DNA of 31,644 bases from Octopus sinensis (taxonomy: Eukaryota): contig NW_021832191.1 in NCBI RefSeq assembly GCF_006345805.1, positions 1 to 31,644 of the forward strand, read 5' to 3'. Both the position numbers and the translations under genes were made by a program. Of the stretch, positions 10,599-23,500 are shown piece after piece (the stretch's first letter is position 1; every line of letters starts with the position of its first letter). The notes under the pieces are model-generated. The model was not told the DNA's origin and ran no database searches. It saw only the letters and a program-made list of their open reading frames with translations.

Positions 10599-13186
10599 TT
10601 AACCCTTTTGTTACTGTATTTATTTTGAGATGCTCTGTGTTTTGTTCAATTACTTTAAATATAACAAAGAATTTAGTAAAATAACTTAGTTATCATTCAG
10701 CTAGTGTTAGGAACATAAATTATGACCAAGGTTTGGTGGAAGATTTTAATTCAAAACTTATGAAAACAAGTCATTTGTACTACAGAGCCAGAGCCGGTTT
10801 CAGCCAGGTTGGTATCAAAAGGGTTAAATATAATAAAGGATTTAGTAAAATAACTTAGTTATCATTCAGCTAGTGTTAGGAACATAAATTGTGACTAAGG
10901 TTTGGTGGAAGACTTTAATTCAAAACTTATGGAAACAAGACATTTGTATTACAGAGCCAGAGGCAGTTTCAGCCAGGTTGGTATCAAAAGGGTTAAATAT
11001 AACAAAGAATTTAGTAAAATAACTTAGTTATCATTAAGCTAGTGTTAGGAACATAAATTGTGACTAAGGTTTGGTGGAAGATTTTAATTCAGAACTTATG
11101 AAAACAAGACATTTGTACTACAGAGCCAGAGGTGGTTTCAGCCAGGTTGGTATCAAAAGGGTTAAATATAACAAAGAATTTAGTAAAATAACTTAGTTAT
11201 CATTAAGCTAGTGTTAGGAACATAAATTGTGACTAAGGTTTGGTGGAAGATTTTAATTCAGAACTTATGAAAACAAGACATTTGTACTACAGAGCCAGAG
11301 GTGGTTTCAGCCAGGTTGGTATCAAAAGGGTTAAATATAACAAAGAATTTAGTAAAATAACTTAGTTATCATTCAGCTAGTGTTAGGAACATAAATTGTG
11401 ACTAAGGTTTGGTGGAAGATTTTAATTCAAAACTTATGAAAACAAGACATTTGTACTCAGAGCCAGAGCTGGTTTCAGCCAGGTTGGTATCAAAAGGGTT
11501 AAATATAACAAAGAATTTAGTAAAATAACTTAGTTATCATTCAGCTAGTGTTAGGAACATAAATTGTGACTAAGGTTTGGTGGAAGATTTTAATTCAAAA
11601 CTTATGAAAACAAGACATTTGTACTCAGAGCCAGAGGCAGTTTCAGCCAGGTTGGTATCAAAAGGGTTAAATATAATAAAGGATTTAGTAAAATAACTTA
11701 GTTATCATTCAGCTAGTGTTAGGAACATAAATTGTGACTAAGGTTTGGTGGAAGATTTTAATTCAAAACTTATGAAAACAAGACATTTGTACTCAGAGCC
11801 AGAGGTGGTTTCAGCCGGGTTAGTATCAAAAGGGTTAAATATAATAAAGGATTTAGTAAAATAACTTAGTTATCATTAAGTTAGTGTTAGGAACATAAAT
11901 TGTGACTAAGGTTTGGTGTAAGATTTTAATTCAAAACTTATGAAAACAAGACATTTGTACTCAGAGCCAGAGCTGGTTTCAGCCAGGTTGGTATCAAAAG
12001 GGTTAAATATAACAAAGAATTTAGTAAAATAACTTAGTTATCATTAAGCTAGTGTTAGGAACATAAATTGTGACTAAGGTTTGGTGGAAGATTTTAATTC
12101 AAAACTTATGAAAACAAGTCATTTGTCCTACAGAGCCAGAGCTGGTTTCAGCCAGGTTGGTATCAAAAGGGTTCAATATAACAAAGAATTTAGTTAAATA
12201 ACTTAGTTATCATTAAGCTAGTGTTAGGAACATAAATTGTGACTAAGGTTTGGTGGAAGATTTTAATTCAAAACTTATGAAAACAAGTCATTTGTCCTAC
12301 AGAGCCAGAGCTGGTTTCAGCCAGGTTGGTATCAAAAGGGTTCAATATAACAAAGAATTTAGTAAAATAACTTAGTTATCATTCAGCTAGTGTTAGGAAC
12401 ATAAATTGTGACTAAGGTTTGGTGGAAGATTTTAATTCAAAACTTATGAAAACAAGACATTCGTACTCAGAGCCAGAGGTGGTTTCAGCCGGGTTAGTAT
12501 CAAAAGGGTTAAATATAACAAAGAATTTAGTAAAATAACTTAGTTATCATTAAGCTAGTGTTAGGAACATAAATTGTGACTAAGGTTTGGTGGAAGATTT
12601 TAATTCAAAACTTATGAAAACAAGTCATTTGTCCTACAGAGCCAGATCTGGTTTCAGCCAGGTTGGTATCAAAAGGGTTAAATATAACAAAGAATTTAGT
12701 AAAATAACTTAGTTATCATTCAGCTAGTGTTAGGAACATAAATTGGTGACTAAGGTTTGGTGAAGATTTTAATTCAAAACTTATGAAAACAAGACATTCG
12801 TACTCAGAGCCAGAGGTGGTTTCAGCCGGGTTGGTATCAAAAGGGTTAAATATAACAAAGAATTTAGTAAAATAACTTAGTTATCATTAAGCTAGTGTTA
12901 GGAACATAAATTGTGACTAAGGTTTGGTGAAGATTTTAATTCAAAACTTATGAAAACAAGTCATTTGTCCTACAGAGCCAGATCTGGTTTCAGCCAGGTT
13001 GGTATCAAAAGGGTTAAATATAACAAAGAATTTAGTAAAATAACTTAGTTATCATTCAGCTAGTGTTAGGAGCATAAACTGTGACTAAGGTTTGGTGGAA
13101 GATTTTAATTCAAAACTTATGAAAACAAGACATTTGTACTCAGAGCCAGAGCTGGTTTCAGCCAGGTTGGTATCAAGAAGGGTTAA
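10599..13186 (+). repeat. 15 x 168-169 bp satellite derived from the right end of a piggyBac-type MITE
   Basis: One left end TTAA CCCTTTTG at 10599; right ends CAAAAGGG TTAA at 10824, 10993, 11162, 11331, 11499, 11667, 11835, 12003, 12172 (TTCA), 12341 (TTCA), 12509, 12678, 12846, 13014, 13183. Confidence 0.95.
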
Positions 13187-13768
13187 GACAAAAGAGCTGG
13201 ATGGCTGGATGGAGGGATGGATAGATAGATAGATAGATGGGTGGAGGAGTAGAGAGACAGATGGATGGATAGGTAGACAGTGGATAGATGTGGATAGATT
13301 TACAGATATATAAGATAGACACACATGACACATATGGTTTGATGTGAATGACTCTACTCCAAGACTTTGATGAATTATTAAATATTAAGCATCATTGAGA
13401 AAGATAGATTTTGATATAGGAGGGTCTGGGCATCACAGTATAGTCCCACCACGGGGCAGTTTGAACAGTGGCATCCCAAGAGGGGAGGGTGCTGAGTAAT
13501 TGAATGGCACCCTGAGACTTGTTAGGACAATCCCTTGCCATTGTGGGACGATACTTGTTTGCCATTGTAATAATGAAGCGGGAGTGTTGTAAAACCCTTA
13601 GTGGAAGTAGCAGCAGCAGCAGCAGTAGCAACAGTAGTAGTAGTAGTAGTAATAGTAGTAGTGGAGGTGAGGATGGTGGGGATAATGATAACTAGCTATT
13701 GTTGTTGTAATAAACTTACCCCTTCGCCAAAATTGCTGGCCTTGTGCCAAAATTTGAAAGCATCATCA

Positions 13769-13826
<58 letters not shown>

Positions 13827-14226
13827 AAAGTTGGGTGAGCTGGCAGAAACGTTAGCTCGCCAGGCAAAATGCTTAGCGGTGTTTCGTCTGACGTTACGTT
13901 CCGAGTTCAAATTCCACCGAGGTCGACTTTGCCTTTCATCTTTTTGGGGTCAATTAAATAAGCACCAGTTATGCACTGGGGTTGATATAATCAACTTAAT
14001 CCATTTGTCTGTCCTTGTTTGTCCCCTCTGTATTTAGCCCCTTGTGGGTAGTAAAGAAATAGGTATTTCGTCTGCTGCTACATTCTGAGTTCAAATTGCA
14101 CCGGAGTCGAGTTTGCCTTTCATCCTTTTGGGGTCGATTAAATAAGTACCAGTTTCACACTGGGGTCGATGTAACTGACTTAATCCCTTCCCCCAAATTT
14201 GAGTCCTTGTGCTTCTAGCAGAAAGG
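13827..14226 (+). mobile_element. Two adjacent family B SINEs (13827-14063 and 14064-14226)
   Basis: GGTGAGCTGGCAGAA..GTTAG..GAGTTCAAATTCC..GAGGTCGACTTTGCCTTTCATC; second copy is 5'-truncated. Confidence 0.88.
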
Positions 14227-14232
14227 ATAATA

Positions 14233-14264
<32 letters not shown>

Positions 14265-14344
14265 GATCATCATCAGCATTAATATTATTATTATTATTTT
14301 GATCATCATCATCATCATCATCATCATTATTATTATTATTATTA

Positions 14345-14379
<35 letters not shown>

Positions 14380-14424
14380 GTTATTATTATTATTATTAAT
14401 ATTATTATATTATTATTATTAATA

Positions 14425-14461
<37 letters not shown>

Positions 14462-14500
14462 GTTATTATTATTATTATTAATATTATTATTATTATTTTG

Positions 14501-14570
<70 letters not shown>

Positions 14571-14624
14571 TATTGGTTATTATTATTATATTATTATTAT
14601 TATTGTTATTATTATTATTATTAA

Positions 14625-14661
<37 letters not shown>
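14227..14661. repeat. (TAT)n/(CAT)n microsatellite
   Basis: Direct. Confidence 0.97.
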
Positions 14662-14663
<2 letters not shown>

Positions 14664-15012
14664 TTTAATGTCCGCTTTCCATGCTAGCATGGTTGGACGA
14701 TTTGACTGAGGTCTGGTGAACCAGATGGCTGCACCAGGCTCCAATCTTGATATGACAGAATTTCTACAGCTGGATGCCCTTCCTAACGCCAACCACTCTG
14801 AGAGTGAAGTGGGTGCTTTTACGTGCCACTGGCACGAGGGCCAGTCAGGTGGTACTGGCAACAGTCATACTCAAATGGTGTTTTTTACGTGCCAGTCCAG
14901 TGGCACTGGCAATGACCTCCCTAGAATGTTTTTCACATGCCACCAGCACAAGTGCCAGTAAGGCGACGCAGGTAACAATCACGTTTGAATGGTGCTTTTT
15001 ATGTGCCACCAG
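14660..15012 (-). mobile_element. SINE-like family C with (GAT)n tail
   Basis: TTTAATGTCCGCTTTCCATGCTAGCATGG..GGATGCCCTTCCTAACGCCAACCAC; homologues at 23230-23500 (+), 23860-23925 (+), 28138-28310 (-). Confidence 0.8.
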
Positions 15013-15045
15013 CAATTATCATTATTATTATTTTTATTATTATTA

Positions 15046-15086
<41 letters not shown>

Positions 15087-15111
15087 GTTATTGTTATTAC
15101 TATTATTATTA

Positions 15112-16716
15112 TTCAGCAGTTTTATTTTTATAGCGTGCTTTCACTTCACTACCGAGCGCAGCTCTGTGTGCCTTGGGTATGTGCTGTGATTTGTTGTGAT
15201 GCTCTGATGGTTATTGTATGGAAAGTGTTCTGCGTAGGATGTGTGCAGTGCCTAGTAGTGCAATTTTCTGTATGTTATATGTGTTTGTAATTCCTGGTGT
15301 TTTTGTTATGTATTTGTCTGAATATTTTTTTATCATGCCTAATGCACCTACTATGATAGGAATTGTTTCTGTTTTCAGGTTCCACATTCTAGTTATCTCT
15401 ATTTCCAGGTCTTTGTATTTTGAGAGTTTCTCCATTTCTTTTAGAGACACGTTGTCATCTGCCGGTATTGATACATCAATTAGAAAGCAATTTTTTTTCT
15501 TCATGATCTCTGACAACTATATCTGGTCTGTTGGCCTTAATTTCTCTATCTGTGTGTATCGGCATATCCCAGAGTATGGTTGCTTTCTCGTTTTCTGTGA
15601 CCTTTTCTGGTGTGTGCCTATACCATCTTTTTTCTGTTGTTATTCCATAATGTTAGCATAGCTTCCAGTGTATGTAGGTTCCAACTCTGTCATGTCTGTG
15701 AATATATTCCTTCTTAGCCAGGACTGGGCAGCTAGAGATAATATGATTTATTGTTTCTTGTCCATCTCCATCATATTCTGCAGTTACTTGTAATATTTCT
15801 TTTCATTACATGTTTTTGGTAATTCTGGTGGGGAGGCTTTGGTCTTGTGCTGCAATTAAAAATCCCTCTGTTTCTGCTTTGAGTCTGAGCTTCTCAACAT
15901 TGCTGGGATTTTTCTTTGTCTATTTCTTTTGCGTTTAGTTTAGTGCAGTATTACCATGAAGGGGCTTTTCTTGCCATCGTTTTATCATGGCTCGTTGCTT
16001 TCTATTTTTAGTTTGGATTTCATTTTTTTTATAGCTTTTGTTGTTTATTCATCTTCTTCTTCTTCTTCTTGTATTTATTAGGTGGTATGATTTCTTGTTT
16101 GTATTTGTCAGCTTCCTTAAATACTGAGAACAGTTTTTTGTTTTGCTCGTGTTTTGCTGCTATCTGGATCAGTTTTCCTTCCTTCTGAAGTAGGTATTTT
16201 TGCAGTCCTATGGTGGTTATTTTATAGTAGTTTTCCATCTGTATAAGGCCTCTACCACCTTCTATACGTTGTATATATAGTCTTTCTATGTCAGATTTTG
16301 GGTGATGCATCCTAGATCCTGTCAGTATTTTTCTGTTTTCCTATCTATTTTGGACAGTTCATTTCGTGTCAGTTTAAGGATATTGTAGCTGTAACTTATA
16401 ACTGGGAAGCAAGCTAAGTGTTGATACCTATTATCTTGTTTTTAGCATTGAGCTCTGTTTTTAGTATTGATCTAACTCATCTATAATTTCTTTTTTTATT
16501 TTCTCTTCATTTGTGTGTGTTGTGTCTTATCTAGTTCATGGATTCCTAAGTATTTGTAAGTTTGGCTTTGGTCTAATTCTTTTATTTCATTGGTTTTATC
16601 TAGTGTGATGTTGTTACTCTTAACTAGTTTTCCTCTTTTCATGGTTACTTTGGCGCATTTTTCTAATCCAAATTTCATATCTATTTCTTTGGTAAATCCA
16701 TGAACTGTCTTTAATT
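15112..16716 (-). mobile_element. 5'-truncated, frameshifted R4/Dong-like non-LTR retrotransposon (RT end, CCHC knuckle, REL endonuclease)
   Basis: MKFGLEKCAK..YKYLG; HHPKSDIERLY..GGRGL; EGFLIAAQDQ; ET.NHIISSC..RHD; LIDVSIP..EKLSKYKDL..PIIVGALG..IALLGTAHILRR; (TAA)n on both sides. Confidence 0.88.
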
Positions 16717-16734
16717 TACTATTATTATTATTAC

Positions 16735-16835
<101 letters not shown>

Positions 16836-16900
16836 CATTATCGTTATTATTTTTATTATTATTATCATTATTAATTGTTATTATTATTATTATTATTATA

Positions 16901-16950
<50 letters not shown>

Positions 16951-16959
16951 ATTATTATC

Positions 16960-17390
16960 AAGGCGGTGAGCTGGCAGAATCGTTAGCACACCGGGTGAAA
17001 TGCTTAGTGCTATTTCGTCTGTCATTACATTCTGAGATCAAACCCCGCCAAGGTTGACTTTGCCTTTCATCCTTTCAGTGTTGATAAAAACATGTACCAG
17101 TTGTACACTAGGGATGATGTAATCAACTAGTGCCTTCCCCTAAAATTTCAGGCTTTGTGCTTTTAATAGAAAGGATTATTATTATCATTATTAAGGTAGC
17201 AAGCTGGCAGAATTGTTAGGGCAAAACACTTAAGCAGCATTCCATCCATCTTTATGTTCTGAGTTCAAATTCCACCAAGGTCAACTCTGCTTTTCATCCT
17301 TTTGGGGTCAATAAAATAAGTACTAGTTGAGTACTAGGATTGATGTAATCGACTTACCCCCACCCACCTTGTGCCTTTAGTAAAAAGGAT
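16960..17390 (+). mobile_element. Pair of family B SINEs (16960-17175 and 17193-17390)
   Basis: Both start AAGG..G.GAGCTGGCAGAAT and end AAGGAT(TAT)n. Confidence 0.9.
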
Positions 17391-17474
17391 TATTATTATT
17401 ATTATTATTATATTATTATTATTATTATTATTATTATTTCATTATTATTATTATTATTATTATTGCTATTATCA

Positions 17475-17511
<37 letters not shown>

Positions 17512-17582
17512 TTAATTATTATTATTATTGTTATTATATTATTATTATTATTTTAATTATTATTATTATTGTTATTATTTTA

Positions 17583-17616
<34 letters not shown>

Positions 17617-17707
17617 TATTATCATTATTATGATTATTATCATTAATTATTATTATTATTATTAATATTATTATCATTATTATTATTATTATTATTGCTA
17701 TTATCAC

Positions 17708-17738
<31 letters not shown>

Positions 17739-17965
17739 TTTATTATTATTATTATTGTTATTATTATTATTACGATAATTTTAATTATTATTATTATTGT
17801 TTTATTATTTTAATTATTATTATTATTAATTATTATTATTATTATTATATATCATTATTATTATTATTATTATTGCTATTATCACATTATTATTGTATTA
17901 TTATTATATTATTGTTATTGCTATTATCACATTATTATTTATATTATTATTATTATTATTAACTA

Positions 17966-18016
<51 letters not shown>

Positions 18017-18185
18017 CATTATTATTATTATTATTATTGCTATTTCACATTATTATTGTTATTATTATTATTATTATTGTTATTGCTATTATCACATTAT
18101 TATTATTATTATTATTATATTATTATTATTGTTATTGCTATTATCACATTATTATTGTTATTATTATCATTATTATTATTATTAC

Positions 18186-18234
<49 letters not shown>

Positions 18235-18236
<2 letters not shown>

Positions 18237-18681
18237 GGCAGCAAGCTGGCAGAATTGTTCGCACATCGGAGAAAATGCTTAGTGGTATTTCAGCTGTCCT
18301 TATGTTCCAGGTTCAAATTCCGCTGAGGTCAGTTTTGCTTTTCATCCTTTTGGGGTTGGTAAATTATGTACCAGTTAAATGATGGGATTGATGTATTAGA
18401 CCAGTTGCCTCCCCACAAATTTCAGGCCTTGTGTCTATAGCAGGAAGGATTATTATTATTATTATTATTATTATTGCTAAGTTGGTGAGCAGACAGAATC
18501 ATTAGCATGCTTTGCAGTATTTCACCTGTCGCTATGTTCTGAGTTCAAATTCCACTGAGGGCGACTTTGTCTTTCATCCTTTTGGGGCCAGTAAATTAAG
18601 TACCAGTGAAACACTGGGACCAATCTAATTGACAACTCCCCTCCTACCAAGTTTCAGGCTTTGTGCCTTTAATAGAAATGA
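18235..18681 (+). mobile_element. Pair of family B SINEs (18235-18450 and 18479-18681)
   Basis: Same family text as 16960. Confidence 0.88.
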
Positions 18682-18695
18682 TTATTATTATTGCT

Positions 18696-18731
<36 letters not shown>

Positions 18732-19144
18732 GTATGTATTGTTGTCATTTTTTCCTTGTTAAATAAATGCATGGTGACTAAGAAATGAATAATACATAAA
18801 AAACAAACAAAACAAATAAATGAATAAGAAATTATTATTATTATTATTATTATTTATTTTTCATCATGTCATTCCATTCTGTATAAATCCTTATATTTTG
18901 TGTCTGTCTTTGTAATGCCCCCCCACCTCCTCTGTCAACCCAGTGGAGAATAAAAGACACCATCGTTGTTCTTGTTGTTGCTGTCGCAGTTGTTACAAAT
19001 CATCCTCATTGTCATTTTAATTATTGTTGTTATTATTATTATTGCTATTACTATTATTATTACTACAATTATTATTGTTTATTTTTATTATCATTATTAT
19101 TATCAACCATATTACTATTATTGCCGTTATTGTTACTATTATCA

Positions 19145-19175
<31 letters not shown>

Positions 19176-19223
19176 GTTATTATTATTGTTGTTGTTGTTG
19201 TTATTGTTATTATTATTATTGTT

Positions 19224-19289
<66 letters not shown>

Positions 19290-19726
19290 GTTATTATTAT
19301 TGTTGTTGTTGTTGTTATTGTTATTATTATTATTGTTATTATTATTATTGTTGTTATCATTATTATTATTATTATTATTATTGTTATTATTATTATTATT
19401 ATTATTATCATCATTATTGTTATTATTATTGTTGTTATTATTATTATTATTATTGTTATTATTATTATTATTATTCATTTACCATTACAGTAATTATCAT
19501 TGCTGAGCAATCACAATAATAGATTCGCCACTAATTAATTCAGTCTATTCACAGAGGTGGTGGGAGAGGGATCCTCCACCACCACACCACCACCACCACC
19601 ACCACCACAGTGAAGAGAGGCAGGGTGGAGGTAGGTGTGGGTCAGTGTTGTTTTCTTGGCTACTATTATTATTAGGATTATTATTATTATTGTTATTGTT
19701 ACTATTATTATTATTATTATTATTAC

Positions 19727-19757
<31 letters not shown>

Positions 19758-19949
19758 TATTATTATTATTATCATTATTACTGTTGTTGTTAGCTTATCT
19801 AAGGTTCCAATTCACAAAACCAATTCCCTTAACGTTAGCCCACACACCATATTGTCATCCCATCTTGCCAGCCAGTCAGCCCCCCAGCCAGCCAGCCAGC
19901 CAGCCAGCCAACCAACCTAAACATCTATCTATCTCTGTATCCTTCCATG

Positions 19950-20005
<56 letters not shown>

Positions 20006-20060
20006 CACTGGCGATTCTTTTTCCTCTGTCTTCCCTTCTCTGGATCTTTCCTTCTCCTAT

Positions 20061-20095
20061 GTTTCCGACGAAGAGCTCTGCTCGAAACGTTAAAC
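20061..20095 (+). ncRNA. Minimal hammerhead-like motif with CCGACGA core, in an approx. 190-bp (TA)n-flanked element (20002-20190)
   Basis: GTTT CCGACGA A GAGC TCT GCTC GAAA CGT T AAAC. Confidence 0.7.
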
Positions 20096-20190
20096 CCTCC
20101 TTTTTCCCTTCTTTCCTGAGCGTCCAATAATACTTTATTTGTTCCACGTCCTTGCATTGTGTTTTTTGTTTTCTTGTTTGGATTAACTTT

Positions 20191-20237
<47 letters not shown>

Positions 20238-20325
20238 GGGGAGAATTCACAAAAACAAAAGGCAAACACAGTTGGTGTAGACAACAAACGGATATATTAG
20301 TATAACATTCAGGAAGTGAAAAAGT

Positions 20326-20361
20326 CTTTAACATTTCGACCCTACGCTCTTCCACAGAAAG
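20326..20361 (-). ncRNA. Minimal hammerhead-like motif with CTGTGGA core, in element 20237-20415
   Basis: Minus strand: CTTT CTGTGGA A GAGC GTAG GGTC GAAA TGT T AAAG. Confidence 0.55.
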
Positions 20362-20432
20362 GAACACAGAAAGAAACAAGGAAAGAAAATAAAGAATGTG
20401 TAGTGGCTAGCGATTTATTATGGCAATATAAA

Positions 20433-20560
20433 CACAGGAGTGGCTGTGTGGTAAGTAGCTTGCTTCCCAACCACATGGTTCATTTCCACTGCATGGCACC
20501 TTGGGCAGGTCTATTTGATAGAGGGAAACTGAAAAAAGCCCGTTCATATATATATATACA

Positions 20561-20625
<65 letters not shown>

Positions 20626-21000
20626 TATTATATATATGATATGTGTATATGTTTGTGCTCATCCCCTCACCATCGCTCGACAACAAACGTTGGCATGTCT
20701 ATGTTCCCATAACTTAGTGGTTTGACAAAAGAGATTGATGGAATAAGTACTAGGCTTACAGAGAATGAGTCCTGCGGTCAGTGTGTGTATGTGTTTGTGT
20801 GTCTGGTGTTTGCCCACCCACACTACTACCACCATTGCTTGACAATGGTGTATTTATGTCCCCATAACTTAGCAGTCCAGCATAAAAGACTAATAGAATA
20901 AGAATTAGGCTTACAAAGAATATGTCCTGGGGTCGATTCTTTTCAACTAAAGACTGCTCCAGCATGGCCAGAGTCAAATGACTGAAAAGAGTAAAAGAAT
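20433..21000 (+). mobile_element. SINE family A with the middle segment present twice
   Basis: Head at 20433; middle segment at about 20640-20770 and again at about 20810-20930; 3' end at about 21000. Confidence 0.82.
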
Positions 21001-21228
21001 ATGTATATATATAATATATATATATATAATATATATGTAATTATTATAGTATATATATATATATATGTAATTATATATATATTAAATTATAAAAAATTTG
21101 ATATATGTAATGTGTATATATAAATATATCTTTATATAAATATACATATACATATATATATATATATATCTTTATATATATAGTATATTATATATATAAT
21201 ATATATATCTATATATGTAGTATTATGT

Positions 21229-21260
<32 letters not shown>

Positions 21261-21403
21261 CAAATTGAGATAGGAGTTGTAAATGCAACCCTCCATGGAT
21301 AAACATATATCCAATATACTGCTAGTGAAGTACCCAACAAAGTTGATACATAAATGTTATCTGGTAATTGATATTTGATTTAGATGTATTTCTCCATTTT
21401 CTT

Positions 21404-21780
21404 ATCTTGTATATATATATACATATATAAGCAACACGTATTTGTTCGTCTCCCCGCGGCCATTAGGCACAACTTCACAAGCCAGCCCCATACTCAACTC
21501 GTCCTGTCGAAAGACCCTTGTCCTACGTCCTTCGTTCGTTTTCTGTCCTCGTGTTGTATACATTCGAAGCTTTCTTCCAGGGGATCTAATGCGCTTGGCT
21601 TAGATTTCCCTTGGGCTGGCCATATCGGAGCAATCTCAGATTAATCAGCCGAAATTGCTAAGATGATCTGGTTCTTGACTGATGACTGAGGGCTTCGAAT
21701 GTCCCGTCCTGTGGTTCTTGTGTCGTCTCTGTGGTGTTTCATGTTTTCTTGTCCATGTCCTGTAATTTTTTTACTGTTTA
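21404..21780. repeat. Unclassified (TA)n-flanked repeat
   Basis: 3' part homologous to 4303-4414. Confidence 0.6.
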
Positions 21781-21836
<56 letters not shown>

Positions 21837-21847
21837 GTGTGTGTGTG

Positions 21848-21896
<49 letters not shown>

Positions 21897-22019
21897 TATT
21901 TATATATATGTATATAAACATATGTTTGGTTTTATGTGTATAATATATGTGTATAAATATATTCTTTAACAAGTATAGATTTGACAGGGACTTCAAAGTT
22001 TCAGCCAGCTAAACCATCC

Positions 22020-22203
22020 ATCCATCTATTTATCTCTTATCTATCTATCTATCTATCTAGCCATCTGTCTGTCTGTATTTGTATGTATCTCTCCCTCTCT
22101 CTCTCTCTATATATATATATATATTTTTTATGTCTCTATTTATTGATCTAACTCTCTCTTTCTGTCCTGCTCCCTTCCTATCTATCTATCTATCTATCTA
22201 TCC

Positions 22204-22263
<60 letters not shown>

Positions 22264-22588
22264 GTCTATTTATCTCTCTGTCTCTATTTCTCTCCCTCCT
22301 CTCTCTTTCTATCCCCCTCTATCTATCCATCCGTCCATCTAGTTGGCCAGTGTGCCAGTTATCCAATCCTGAAATTTCCCATACTCTCTCCTATATGTTA
22401 TCATGGAACAGAGATTCTCCTCAATGGAATTCTGCAAGATTATGGAAAGGAAACCATTTACAGAATGGAACTGTGACATGATTTATGTGTTCGTGTTTGC
22501 GTTTTGTTTTAATTTAATTTAAATTGTGGAGCGTTGGTGAATGGCGGTACCAGTTGTGGTTGGCTTTCAAAGAGTCGGTCATTGGATT

Positions 22589-22625
<37 letters not shown>

Positions 22626-22693
22626 GGGAGGGAGAGAGAAATGAGGAGAGAGAGAGAAAGGGAGACAGATAAAGCAGAGAGACACAGAGAAAG

Positions 22694-22741
<48 letters not shown>

Positions 22742-22930
22742 TGGAAGACAGAGAGGGAGAGAAAGAGAGGCAGAGAAAGGGAGACAGATAAAGAGAGGGA
22801 GACAGAGAAAGGAGAGAGACAGTGAGAGAGAGATAAAGAGAGAGAAAAGGAGTCAGAGAGTAAGATAAAGAGAAAGAAAGACAGACAGACAGAAATGAGG
22901 AGAGAGCCAGGAAGAGGGAGAGGTAGACAG
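22020..22930. repeat. (ATCT)n/(CT)n tract (22020-22340) and (GA)n-rich tract (22592-22930)
   Basis: Direct. Confidence 0.92.
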
Positions 22931-23229
22931 AAAAACTCACTGAGAGATTTACTATTTTGCTTGTGTAAACCACAAAAAACCTTAAATGGAGCCCCTAGGG
23001 ATCATAGGGACTCCAGTTGAAAACCATTTAGTTGTTCCTCACGATAAACTCAAATAAAGCAAAATTTTTCCATGGGCCCCTAAAATACTACGGTGGATCC
23101 TCAATTTACTATTTTGCTTGTGTGGCCCTTAAAAAGATCTTATATGGACCCTACTTGATAACCACTGCCCTCTCATCACTTGACACAAAGCTGCATCACT
23201 CAATACAGCTCCTTCCCTCAGTTGAGGGG

Positions 23230-23500
23230 AGTTTTTGTCCACAAAGGCATCCAGTACACCCTGTAAAGGGGTTGGTGTAAAGAAAGACATCCAGCTGTGG
23301 AGACCATGCCAAAACGGACCCTACCAGTGCTGGTGCTACGTAAAAAAGGCACCCAGTCCACTCTGCAAAGTGGTTGGCATTAGGAAGGGCATCCAGCCAG
23401 AGAAACCATGCCTAAGCACAGTCTTCTGGCTTGCTGGCTCCAATCAAACCATCCTACGCATGCCAGCATGGAAGACGGACATTAAATGATAATGATGATG
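23230..23500 (+). mobile_element. SINE-like family C
   Basis: GGTTGGCATTAGGAAGGGCATCCAGC ... CAGCATGGAAGACGGACATTAAATGATAATGATGATG. Confidence 0.8.

Noticed and set aside
10599-13186. CRISPR-like or coding array
   Set aside because: Units are wholly repeated with no unique spacers, there is no ORF, and the context is eukaryotic.
21670-21705. CTGATGA...GAAT as a hammerhead
   Set aside because: No stem II or stem I complementarity and no GAAA.
22370-22437. Minus-strand splice acceptor with short frame (NSIEENLCSM)
   Set aside because: Short, unrecognisable and unsupported.
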